Below, piece after piece: positions 10,222-19,800 of a stretch of 44,890 nucleotides of DNA (positions within the stretch are counted from its first letter, which is position 1; each line of letters begins with the position of its first letter). The position numbers and the translations under genes were made by a program. Under the pieces are notes generated by a model, which was not told where the DNA came from, made no database searches, and was given only the letters and a program-made list of their open reading frames with translations. Source of the stretch: Gammaproteobacteria bacterium (GTDB lineage Bacteria > Pseudomonadota > Gammaproteobacteria > Pseudomonadales > Pseudohongiellaceae); the NCBI GenBank assembly GCA_002726595.1, contig PBTO01000115.1:1-44890 (forward strand), written 5' to 3'.

Positions 10222-10400
10222 TTCTCCGAGTCGGGGGGATCATTTGCCACGAGAAATCTACCTGTATTCAGAAAATTTAACAATAAAGGTAGATGGACTT
10301 TAGCGGGCATGCGATTTATATTTCTGTAGAGTTCGGGTAACAAATGGTCCTGAAGAGGACATCAGTGATAACCACATAAAGAAGAGCAGGAGAATTTATC

Positions 10401-11549
10401 ATGCGTTTAACAATCACCGCCATCGCTGCCAGCCTATTGCTGACACTGGCACCCATACAGGTCTCTGCCCAGGCAACGCAGAGCTTTGAGCCTTTTCATG
10501 TAGCAACCTATTCAGTCAACGGCGTGCAGGCGATTGGCCTGGTCCTGCGTGAGGAACTGATGGTCGAGATCGAGGCAGCGAACGACAACCTGCAGCAGAA
10601 CCCAGCCTATCCGGAAATGGCCATGCCTGAAGATATGCTAGGCCTGATAGGCCTGTACGAATACGGTCTTAAAACTCGCCTGTATGAGATCGTCAATCAC
10701 CTGGTGGAAGATGCTGTACTCACGGCGAGTAATCGCCCCAGCTTCATCCATAATGTGGCAGATGTGGATCTGCAGGCACCGATCCAGTATCCAGGCAAGA
10801 TCATGAATGCGGCAGGTAACTTCTACACGCACATTTGTGAGGGATGCAGTGAGGAGGAACTGGCCGAATCCAGCCGGGAGCGGCGGGAAAACCGGGGCGT
10901 TCCCTACCTGTTTCTCAAGCCGAGCCGGGGTGCGGTAATCGGCACCGGGGAAGACATAGTCATTCCCGCTGGTCGGAACCGCACTGACTGGGAGATCGAA
11001 TTTGGTACCGTCGTCGGCCGCACAGGTAAGTATATAGCAGCAGAAAACGCTCAGGACTTCGTCTTCGGCTACATGGTAACTATCGATATTTCAGATCGTG
11101 GTGGTAGAGGCGAAGAAAACCGCCGGTCTGACTGGTTCGTTGGTAAGGGACACGACACCTTCGCCCCCCAGGGCCCATGGATTACGCCAAAAGAGTTCTA
11201 TGGAGATCCCATGGAGCAATTGCATCAACAGCTTTCCATCAACGGGGTATTGGTCCAGGAAGCCAGAGCCGGCGACATGATCTTCAATATCTGGGAGCTC
11301 ATGGAGTACGCCTCATCCCTGATCACGCTCTTCCCAGGTGATGTGCTAAACAGTGGCACCACCGGTGGCACTGCGTTGGCAGGATTCGATACGGGTGTCC
11401 GCAGCGGCTTTCTGGAGCCGGGTGAAAGTATTGAAGCCACCATCGATGGTATCGGCACACTGCGGCATGATGTCGTAGCTGGTGAAGAGTTACCGGACAA
11501 TCTTTCAGGTGCCCAACTGCCACCTGTGCAAAGTCTGCGAATTAATTAA
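10401..11549 (+). CDS. Fumarylacetoacetate hydrolase (FAH) family protein with an N-terminal signal peptide
   Basis: A good SD (AGGAGAA) is present. The leader MRLTITAIAASLLLTLAPIQVSAQA looks like a signal peptide. FAH core motifs are PYLFLKP, DWEIEFGTVVG, GYMVTIDISDR and LFPGDVLNSGTTGG. Confidence 0.8.
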   Translation: MRLTITAIAASLLLTLAPIQVSAQATQSFEPFHVATYSVNGVQAIGLVLREELMVEIEAANDNLQQNPAYPEMAMPEDMLGLIGLYEYGLKTRLYEIVNHLVEDAVLTASNRPSFIHNVADVDLQAPIQYPGKIMNAAGNFYTHICEGCSEEELAESSRERRENRGVPYLFLKPSRGAVIGTGEDIVIPAGRNRTDWEIEFGTVVGRTGKYIAAENAQDFVFGYMVTIDISDRGGRGEENRRSDWFVGKGHDTFAPQGPWITPKEFYGDPMEQLHQQLSINGVLVQEARAGDMIFNIWELMEYASSLITLFPGDVLNSGTTGGTALAGFDTGVRSGFLEPGESIEATIDGIGTLRHDVVAGEELPDNLSGAQLPPVQSLRIN

Positions 11550-11613
11550 TTCCGCAGGATCGCAGACAAATGACTCTCATTCGTATTTGATGAAGAGTAT
11601 TTGAAGAAGTCGC

Positions 11614-11650
11614 AAACAGGTGGAGGGAGCTGTATCCCACCACCTGTTTT
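11614..11650. terminator. Bidirectional rho-independent-type terminator between convergent genes
   Basis: AAACAGGTGG (11614-11623) pairs with CCACCTGTTT (11640-11649), with T-runs at the 3' side. It lies between the stops at 11549 (+) and 11678 (-). Confidence 0.55.
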
Positions 11651-11677
11651 GCTAATCACTGCAGCGGAAACGGCGTA

Positions 11678-12763
11678 TTAATTTTCCCTTACGTATTTCA
11701 CCAGTTGCCTGGGGCCGACCTCTGCGCCGTAGATATTACCCGCCGCATCGGCAGCAACGCCTTCGGCCGCACTGGTTCCACCTGGACTGAGATCCGGATC
11801 GGGAATGAAATACAACACGTGGCCGGTGATTGCACTGCCGACACGAATACCGCGACGCCACCCTGGATTAGACGTAGCGCTGGACTCCGAATCAGCCGCA
11901 TAGAGCATGTCATTATCATCGATGAAGATGCCGCTCAGCCGTCCAAATTGCTTCCATTCGGTTATGAAGGTGCCATCCTGTTCGAAAATCTGGATGCGCA
12001 CATTGCCGCGATCGGCGACAAACAGTCTGCCGCGGGAGTCAAAGGCCAATCCGTGGGGTGTACGGAACTCGCCGGGAGCGGTACCGATCTGGCCCCAGGA
12101 TTCAAGAAACCTGCCCGTGCTATCGTATTTGGCAATTCTTGCAACAGTTGAAAGGTCGGCATTTGCGCCCTGACCACTGTGACCATCACCCACATAGATA
12201 CTGCCATCAGGACCCACTATCACGTCATTGGGTTCGCTTAGTACCGGCCCGGTTCCATCCCCAATAACGCCGGGGGAGCCCAGTGTCATCAACAATTCAC
12301 CGTCCGGACTGAATTTGTAAACCGCGCCTCCTTTACCTGCTGCGTTGGGATTCTGTGCCAGTTCTGCCGCAGATGCCAGGCGGGCATCGGCGATCCAGAC
12401 ATTGCCGCGGTCATCCACATCGATGCCGTGCGGCCAGATGATCATGCCGCCGCCGAAGGAAGCAAGAATGTTCCCGTCCTTGTCATACTTGATGACAGAG
12501 TCGACGTTGGAAAGAGCGCAGCTATTGGAGCTGCACCGTTCAGCCACCCAGATCGATTCACCGTCAGGATCGATGTCCACAGAACTGGTGGATCCCCAGT
12601 CCCGACCATCGGGGAGTTCGAAAAAACCATTAATGGTTTGATACGGATTGGGATGTTCATTAGTAGGATTAACCACGGTCTGTGCCTGCAGAGCCGTGCC
12701 AAATAAAAACCAGGAGACTATTAGCGAAATGATTGCCCATCGGGCTCTAACTGTGTGAGACAT
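11678..12763 (-). CDS. Exported NHL-repeat beta-propeller (peptidyl-alpha-hydroxyglycine lyase-like)
   Basis: NHL-like blades are present: WPHGIDVDDRGNVWIAD, PNDVIVGPDGSIYVGD and PHGLAFDSRGRLFVADRGNVRIQIF. I moved the start to Met 12763, which gives the signal peptide MSHTVRARWAIISLIVSWFLFGTALQAQ. The tracked ORF extends to 12829. Confidence 0.75.
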   Translation of the reverse strand: MSHTVRARWAIISLIVSWFLFGTALQAQTVVNPTNEHPNPYQTINGFFELPDGRDWGSTSSVDIDPDGESIWVAERCSSNSCALSNVDSVIKYDKDGNILASFGGGMIIWPHGIDVDDRGNVWIADARLASAAELAQNPNAAGKGGAVYKFSPDGELLMTLGSPGVIGDGTGPVLSEPNDVIVGPDGSIYVGDGHSGQGANADLSTVARIAKYDSTGRFLESWGQIGTAPGEFRTPHGLAFDSRGRLFVADRGNVRIQIFEQDGTFITEWKQFGRLSGIFIDDNDMLYAADSESSATSNPGWRRGIRVGSAITGHVLYFIPDPDLSPGGTSAAEGVAADAAGNIYGAEVGPRQLVKYVREN

Positions 12764-12868
12764 AACATGCACCGTTTTAATAATTACAAAGGGGGAGAAA
12801 GCATAAGAGCCTGCCGCGCTAATGTCCATATCTGCCGGGAGTTAATTAGGGATCGGCCCCGTTCAGGT

Positions 12869-13987
12869 TCACCTGCCCTGAAGCAATCTGGCGAATAGGG
12901 CCGCGTATCGGTCCTGCAAATTGTTACTACTATAGCTCTGCAAATCAGCTTGCGGCAATGTGGTTCCAGACCGGCGCAGTTCCAGCCAGGTTCTTAAGAT
13001 GTCGGCCGCCGCCGCTTCGGCTTCCGCTGTTTCCGCAGCGGGAAACAGAAATTGCGGCTCCAGGTATTCCGGATATACCAGTCTGGCGGGCGCCAGTGGC
13101 GTGCAGCCACACAGGATTGCTTCCTGCATTGCTACGCCCTGAAATTCGTGCAGTGCGGTGGACAGCACCACATCACTTTGTTGCAAACAGGCGAAGTACT
13201 GCTCTTTGTTGTCGATAAATCCAAAATGACCTGCTGCAAGACCCGTTCGCTGGCAGTGAGACTCGAGTAATTCTTGAATTTGATCAAATTCTGCCGGCCA
13301 TTGCCTGAACTGTTCTCCCAGAATGTGAAATCTGATGGGTAATTCTTCTTTAGCAATCTGACGAATAATCTCCAGTAATATCCCCGGGCCCTTGTCGTAC
13401 TCCCATCGGTGATTCCAAACCACGCTCAGGTGGTCGGCAGCGGATACTCGTTCGTTCTTGTCGGGAACATCTATTGGTACGGGTAGCGCAGTGCTGGCTT
13501 CAAGATGACTGGATAAATTTTTCGGCACCAGATCCGGTAGCTGTTTAAAGAGAGACCTGGCACCTTCAAGAAAAGTGGTTCGATTATAGTTACTATTGAA
13601 GCAGATCGCATCTGCACATAAAGCAGAGTAGATGGGAACAAGTTGCTGTTCTGCGTTCTTGTTTGAAACCGTTCCCATCGGATAGGCAAATTGGTTTTCA
13701 TGGAAATAGACCAGCGTGGGGAGCGTCGCCAGTTTAGGAATAAATCCTCTGAGGCTGGACAGGTCCACCATTGAGGTGGCGATCAGTAGATCGTAATCCT
13801 CCCTAAATGAGTCGGCTTCATCAAATCCCCAACTCAGGCTGTTGCCCCTGATGCGCCAGCTAAAATGCCTTGCAGGCAGAGCTCGTTGTGTCCACTCGTA
13901 TGCGGAGAACATGTTGGCCAGTTGATCACGCCAGTAGTGATGGCTGCTGGTATCGTAGGCAGAGAGCAAGAGAATTTTTTTAGTCAC
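12869..13987 (-). CDS. DUF3524-type GT4 glycosyltransferase (bacterial homologue of the tRNA-queuosine mannosyltransferase family)
   Basis: The N-terminus ILLLSAYDTSSHHYWRDQL...LPARHFSWRIRGNSLSW is the DUF3524 hallmark as I recall it. The C-terminal half looks like a GT-B/GT4 domain. Confidence 0.65.
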   Translation of the reverse strand: MTKKILLLSAYDTSSHHYWRDQLANMFSAYEWTQRALPARHFSWRIRGNSLSWGFDEADSFREDYDLLIATSMVDLSSLRGFIPKLATLPTLVYFHENQFAYPMGTVSNKNAEQQLVPIYSALCADAICFNSNYNRTTFLEGARSLFKQLPDLVPKNLSSHLEASTALPVPIDVPDKNERVSAADHLSVVWNHRWEYDKGPGILLEIIRQIAKEELPIRFHILGEQFRQWPAEFDQIQELLESHCQRTGLAAGHFGFIDNKEQYFACLQQSDVVLSTALHEFQGVAMQEAILCGCTPLAPARLVYPEYLEPQFLFPAAETAEAEAAAADILRTWLELRRSGTTLPQADLQSYSSNNLQDRYAALFARLLQGR

Positions 13988-14115
13988 AGACGCACCATTT
14001 TACTTTTGCCACAACCCCATGCAACTATGCTTCTATCGAGGTGGTTTCTCCAATCCGGTAAGCAATGGACTTCGGCATAGAAATCCGTGGATTTTTTAGC
14101 AAAGGGGCAGTTTAG

Positions 14116-14736
14116 ATGAGTATTAAATTGTATGGGATGACATATAGCAATTATTACAATATGGTCAAGGTGGTTTTAATCGAGAAAGGTATGGAGTTTG
14201 AAGAGGTGCATCTTCTGCCGAATCAGGAAACGGAGTACCTGGCCAAGAGTCCAATGGGTAAGGTGCCCTGCCTGGAGACCGATGAAGGATTTCTTACCGA
14301 AACCGGTGTGATTATCGATTACCTGGATGCTCTGGGGCAGGGCCCATCGTTTTATCCCCAGGACGCTTTTGCCAAAGCTAAGGTCCAGGAGTTGATTCGA
14401 CATATGGAGCTCTATATTGAATTGCCTGCACGCAGACTCTATGGCGATTTGTTTTTTGGTCGCCCAGTAAGCGATGAAGAGAAGGCTAAGGTGAAAGAGC
14501 TCCTGGAAAAAGGCTTCACCTCATTCGCCAAACTGGCCAGGTATGATCCCTACATCGCCGGTAGTGAGATTACCTATGCTGACTTTTTCTTTTGCTTCAG
14601 TGTAGGGATTGCTACTACAGTCTGTAAGAAGGCATTCGATTGGGATGCCTACAATGAGATTCCCCACATCAGGGAGTTGCTCGATACGCTTAATGAAAGG
14701 GAATCGGTAAAGCGAGCGCAGGCGGATCGAGTTTAG
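14116..14736 (+). CDS. Glutathione S-transferase
   Basis: The N-terminal thioredoxin-like part is GKVPCLETDEGFLTETGVIIDYL, followed by a helical C-terminal domain. Length is 206 aa. Confidence 0.8.
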   Translation: MSIKLYGMTYSNYYNMVKVVLIEKGMEFEEVHLLPNQETEYLAKSPMGKVPCLETDEGFLTETGVIIDYLDALGQGPSFYPQDAFAKAKVQELIRHMELYIELPARRLYGDLFFGRPVSDEEKAKVKELLEKGFTSFAKLARYDPYIAGSEITYADFFFCFSVGIATTVCKKAFDWDAYNEIPHIRELLDTLNERESVKRAQADRV

Positions 14737-15605
14737 CGATGCGGGACTCTCTCGAGGATACCCACATTGCTGGACATATCCAGAATCGCCTCAATATTCG
14801 CTTCGATATCGTCGGCGGTCGCTTCTGAACCCAGATTAACGCCTTCATTTTCCCGTACATCGGCGCAGTAGTAGCGTCCACCTGCGGCCTGAACAATTCG
14901 GCCATTGGGGGCTTTGTCACTGCACAAAAAGACTACGGCGGGAGTAACCAGTTCCGGGGCAAGTTTTTCTGCGCTGTCTTCAAAGCCGGGCAGGTCAAGA
15001 GTCATACGGGTTGCTGCGACTGGAGCGATGGAATTGGTGAAGATATTGTATTTTGCGCCTTCCATGCGCAGCGTATTCATAAATCCCACCAGTCCGAGTT
15101 TCGCCGCCCCATAATTGCTTTGGCCAAAATTGCCAAACAACCCGGAAGTGGAAGTGGTCATCACGATGCGGCCATAGTTCTGTTCGACCATGATTGGCCA
15201 AACTGTCTTGGTGGTATTCACGCTACCGGTGAGATGGACGTCGATGACTGCATGCCAATTATCGAGTTCCATCTTGGCAAAGGTTTTATCACGCAGGATA
15301 CCGGCATTGTTTACCAGGATGTCAATTCGGCCCCACTCGCTCAGGGTGTCCGCCACCATTGTTTCCACTGCCGCTAAATCAGTAACCGATGCACCGTTGG
15401 CAACCGCAATGCCACCGCCCTGACATATTTCTTCAGCAACCAGTTCGGCAGCGGCAGCCGAGCCACCACTACCATCCACTGCCCCACCCAGGTCATTGAC
15501 GACAACTTTGGCGCCCCGTCGACCGAGTTCCAGCGCATGTTGTTTACCCAGGCCTCCTCCTGCTCCGGTAACTATTGCAACCTGATTATCAAATCGAATC
15601 GTCAT
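14733..15605 (-). CDS. SDR-family 3-hydroxyacyl-CoA dehydrogenase of the MFE-2 (multifunctional enzyme 2) type
   Basis: VAIVTGAGGGLGK, VVVNDLGG, NNAGILRD, GRIVMTTSTSGLFGNFGQSNYGAAKLGL and NSIAPVA closely follow the MFE-2 dehydrogenase domain. I chose the start at Met 15605; the tracked ORF extends to 15641. Confidence 0.8.
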   Translation of the reverse strand: MTIRFDNQVAIVTGAGGGLGKQHALELGRRGAKVVVNDLGGAVDGSGGSAAAAELVAEEICQGGGIAVANGASVTDLAAVETMVADTLSEWGRIDILVNNAGILRDKTFAKMELDNWHAVIDVHLTGSVNTTKTVWPIMVEQNYGRIVMTTSTSGLFGNFGQSNYGAAKLGLVGFMNTLRMEGAKYNIFTNSIAPVAATRMTLDLPGFEDSAEKLAPELVTPAVVFLCSDKAPNGRIVQAAGGRYYCADVRENEGVNLGSEATADDIEANIEAILDMSSNVGILERVPHR

Positions 15606-15802
15606 ACTTCTATCTCCATCTCCATCAAAGTGAAAATTCAACCCTCGGTTGAATTTAATGCTGGCTGGATTCTATGTCGTGATGGGCGATGCTGCAATGG
15701 ATTGTGTCAGTCCCTGGAAATTTTCGCCCCCGAGTGTGGATAGCAACCCGAAATTCGTTATCATCCCTTACCTGTAATCAATTGCTATCGGGCCAGGCCT
15801 AT

Positions 15803-16507
15803 ATGAGTGAAATTGAACCCGTTCCAGCCGCTACGGTCGTACTGGTGCGAGATGCCGCAGTAGTTAAGAAAACAGTAGTTAACAAAGCAGTGGTTAAGAA
15901 AACAGCTGCGAACGAAATAGCGGCAGACGGAATAGAAGTGTTGCTGGTGCAGCGCAATTCGAAACTAGTGTTCCACGGTGGCCACTGGGTGTTTCCTGGA
16001 GGAAGAATAGATCAGGGTGATTTTCCGGAGGGCGATAATAATCCGGAGTACCTCGCGGCGAAAAATGCCGCGGTCAGAGAAACCCGGGAAGAGGCAGGTA
16101 TAGAAATCAAGGATACCGATTTGATCCATACCGCCCATTGGACCACGCCCCCCAATTTACCCAGACGCTTCAGCACCTGGTTTTTTATCTGCCCCCTAAG
16201 CAAGCCGGTTGCGGTCAGTGTGGATAATGATGAAATTCTCGACTACCGCTGGTTGAGTCCAGCCGCGGCGATTGCGGAGGCTGAATCCGGGCAATTGGTA
16301 CTCCCACGACCAACTCTAACTACGCTGAAAGACCTGCTGCCCTATGCAAATCTGCAGCAGTTGGTGGAAGGAATTAATCAAGCCAGTATCCGGATTTTCC
16401 CGGCAGATTCTCCCTATTATTGCGCTCCCCATGAAAAGGGCGAGACGCAGGGTGAAACAGGCGAGACGCGGGGTGAAACGGGTCAGACGCAGGGTGAAAC
16501 AGACTAA
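15803..16507 (+). CDS. NUDIX hydrolase with in-frame tandem repeats near both termini
   Basis: The Nudix box is GGRIDQGDF...AAVRETREEAGIE. I chose the start at Met 15803 (MSEIEPVPAATVVLVRD); the tracked ORF starts at 15689. Confidence 0.75.
   Translation: MSEIEPVPAATVVLVRDAAVVKKTVVNKAVVKKTAANEIAADGIEVLLVQRNSKLVFHGGHWVFPGGRIDQGDFPEGDNNPEYLAAKNAAVRETREEAGIEIKDTDLIHTAHWTTPPNLPRRFSTWFFICPLSKPVAVSVDNDEILDYRWLSPAAAIAEAESGQLVLPRPTLTTLKDLLPYANLQQLVEGINQASIRIFPADSPYYCAPHEKGETQGETGETRGETGQTQGETD
15857..15916 (+). repeat. 30-nt tandem duplication inside the NUDIX gene (AVVKKT units)
   Basis: GCAGTAGTTAAGAAAACAG (15857-15875) and GCAGTGGTTAAGAAAACAG (15887-15905) match at 18 of 19 positions. Confidence 0.7.
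16439..16501 (+). repeat. Three 21-nt tandem repeats encoding GETQGET/GETRGET/GQTQGET at the NUDIX C-terminus
   Basis: The units are GGCGAGACGCAGGGTGAAACA, GGCGAGACGCGGGGTGAAACG and GGTCAGACGCAGGGTGAAACA, back to back. Confidence 0.85.
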
Positions 16508-16839
16508 AAAGAGATTTTCCTGCGTACAAGTCTAAACAAGCTGACCGAAGACCATATTCCGGCACAAAAATGTCAAAAAAATGGCGATTTTGAACAATCG
16601 CAACAATCTGACATTTTGTCCTCATTGACGGCTATAAGCGCTTGCTTTTCAGCCCCACTTAATGGGATAGTTAGGCTCGAACAGCTGAAGTACACTGGTT
16701 GGACATGTGGCCTGTGAAAATGCAGCGAAGAACAACAAATATGGGCTTTTTCACGGATTGCCGCACTAGTACCTGATAACACAGGTTGTGACCGGTCAGC
16801 GCCGCTAACCCATCAATAGCCACTGGCAATCGAGAGTCT

Positions 16840-19800
16840 ATGTCTTCTCCCACATTTGATAGTTTGCGACAAACCCTTAAAAGCCTCCGCCGTCGACGCA
16901 GCAATCTTTTCATTCTTCGTCAGGTAAGCATCTGCGCCATAGTAATCGCCCTGCTAGCGTTGCTGATGACTGCAATATCTGCCTCGATGGACCTTGATAA
17001 AGCCGGCACTATCGTACTGTTTGGTATTTCCCTGCTACTGATTGGATCATTACTCTGGCTCTTGTCTCGTACATTGCAACGTCGACACGCGGACGATCAG
17101 CACCTGGCCCACTACGTCGAAGAGCATATTCCCGATTTCGAACAGCGGTTGATTACCTCATTGGAATTTACCGAAGAAGATCTGGTCCATGGTCGCCAGG
17201 GCGTGTCCCGACAATTTATTCAGCATCTGTGGGAGGATGCACAACTTCATGTAGCTGAACAGCAACAGCAGGTAGAGTCGGTAACGCCGGCGCGCGCCTC
17301 CTGGATTTCATTCAGCTCAGCCATGGCGGTGGTCGCTATCGTGGCGGTTATTTTGGTCAGCTCCGATGCCTTGTTCCAAGCGGGCAGTCGGTTAGTCTGG
17401 CCGTTCGCAATTAGTGAGCCGGTCGTGTTTATAGATGTGCCAGCGAATGTAGAGATTAGCGTTGAGCCAGGTGATCTTGAAATGCAGCGGGGCGACAGTC
17501 TCACCATCGTTGCCCGGGTGACTAATGCAATTCCTGGCACGGTGAACTTGCGACTGCAGGAAGATAATGTAAATTGGCGTGATGTCACCATGGCCCGCGA
17601 CGGTAGTGGCAGTGAAAGTGCAACCTACAGTTATTTCCTGCCCTCGCTGCAGGAAGACACCACCTATTATGTAAATTTTGAAGAACGCATTGAGCACAGC
17701 TCTCAGCAATATCGCATCAGTCTGTTTGATTTGCCGCAGATTGAACAGATTGACGTGGCGTTCGATTATCCTGATTACACCGGCCTGGAGGATCTGCTCG
17801 AAGAGGATAGCGGCGACATGGTCGTGCCCGAGGGAACTGAAGTCGGGTTGACAGTTACGTTTAATAAAACTATCGCCAATGCAAATCTTCAATTCGATGC
17901 CCCCTACAGCACCGGTGATGAGGAAGAACTCGAAACAGTGGTTCCTTACGAGGATTTAGTGCTCGCAGTTGATGGCAATATTGGGCGCGCAAGTTTCACA
18001 GTTACCCAGGATGGTGTTTACCACATTTCGGCAACAGATCTGGGCGATCTGGAGACCAAGAATCCACTGGATTATTTTATTCGGGCCATTGAAGACATGC
18101 CACCGGAATTGGAGTTGAAGCGACCCGGTCGGGATGAGGACGTAATGCCGCTGGAAGAAGTAGTGCTGGAGATTGATGCCAACGATGATTACGGACTCAG
18201 TGAGTTTAGTCTTAATTACAGTGTGGTCGGGTTGGATGAGGTTGAAGTTGACTTCTTGCCTGAGCAAAACGTGCGCAATGTGGCAGGCAATGAACTGATC
18301 TATTTGGAGGATCTCGAAGTCGAACCTGGAGATTTTGTCAGTTATTTCCTTACCCTCGCTGATAACAATGGACTGGAAGGCCCGGCGGAAGTTATCTCCG
18401 ACATCTATTTTTTACAGGTTATACCAACCGACCAGGAATTCAGACGCTCCGCCCAGCAAGGCGGCGGTGGCGGCGGCGGTGGCGGCGGTGGTGGTGACAG
18501 CAGTGCATTGGTTTCAATTCAAAAGGATGTCATTGCAGCAACCTGGAAATTGCGTAATCGTCAGAGCAAGGTTTCAGCAGAAGACTTCGCCTCAGATGCG
18601 GAAATAATCGCTGAATCCCAAAGAGAGGCAACCGACCGAGCCCGCATGTCAATCGACCGCCTGGCCGAGCGATTGAATTTCTCCGATGACAGTTATGACA
18701 ATGCAGTTGAGAATTTATCTTTAGCGATCGAGCAAATGAATCTGGCTGCTCTCGAACTGGATATAGAGCAAGTCACCAGTGCCCTGAAGCCGGAACAATT
18801 GGCCCTGCAACATATTCTTAAAGCAGAGGCAGCCATCAATCGAACTGATATAAGCATGCAGCAAGGCGGTGGTGGTGGCGGCGGTGGCGGCGCCCAACAG
18901 GAACGTGAAGATCTGCGTGAGCTGTTCGAGATGGAATTGGGTCAATTGGAAAATCGTTATGAAACGCCGAACAGCGCAGGCGGTGGCGGACAAAACGCAG
19001 AAGAAATAAACAAGCTGGAAGAACTGGCGCGACGGCAGGAAGGTCTGACCAGGGCACAAAGAGAGCTGTCTCGCCGTGAAGAACAGATGACCGAAGAGCA
19101 GAAACGCCGTGAACTGGAGCGCCTGATGCGGCAGCAGGAGCAGTTAAGTGAAGAAGTACAACAGCTTGCCCAGCAGTTGTCTCGTGGCCAGCAAAATTCA
19201 CAATCCCAGTCTCAATCCCAGTCTCAGTCCGGGTCCCAGGCTCAACAGTCGGGCAGTCCCTCTTCCAGCAGCAGTGGTGGACAGCAAGCGCCGCAGACAG
19301 CTCTGGAAAGAGCCGCTCAGCAAATGCAGGAAGCAGCCCAGAGTGAAACGGCATCCATGGCAGCGGCCCGGAGTCAAAAGGCACTGGAAAATCTGCGCGA
19401 GCAGCAACGTGAATTAACCGAGAAGTCCGACCGTTCTGTTAATCAACTGGCGCAAAACCTGGGTCAGCGTGGACAGCAATTGCTGCAACAGCAACGGGAA
19501 TTGCAGCAAGATCTGCAGGATGCCGTTCGTCAGCAGGGCTTGGGGCAGACACGACAATCTGTGCGTAATGATGAGAGCATGCAGGAACTGATCGAAGACC
19601 AACAGCAACAGCAGAGAGATCTGGATGAGATCGAGGAAATGCTGCGGGCGATAGTGGCTCGAGGCGATAACGATGACCAGCGTCTCATGTCGCAGGCGCA
19701 GGAAGCTTCCCGTGAATTACGACCGATCCGGGAGGAGATGCAAACCAGCAATCGCGTGCTGCGAAATGGCATGGTGAATTTGTCGGTGGATATAGAGCAG

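Noticed and set aside
16439-16501. Tandem direct repeats (also 27626-27715 and 15857-15916) considered as a possible CRISPR or minisatellite
   Set aside because: There are only 2-3 contiguous units with no spacers. All are multiples of 3 nt and in frame inside well-supported CDS. They are coding tandem duplications, not CRISPR.
17392-19384. Several 100-180-aa minus-strand ORFs (17392-17892, 17956-18267, 18721-19059, 18836-19384)
   Set aside because: They are antisense to the 1231-aa gene. Low-complexity, codon-biased sequence keeps the opposite frames open. There is no independent support.
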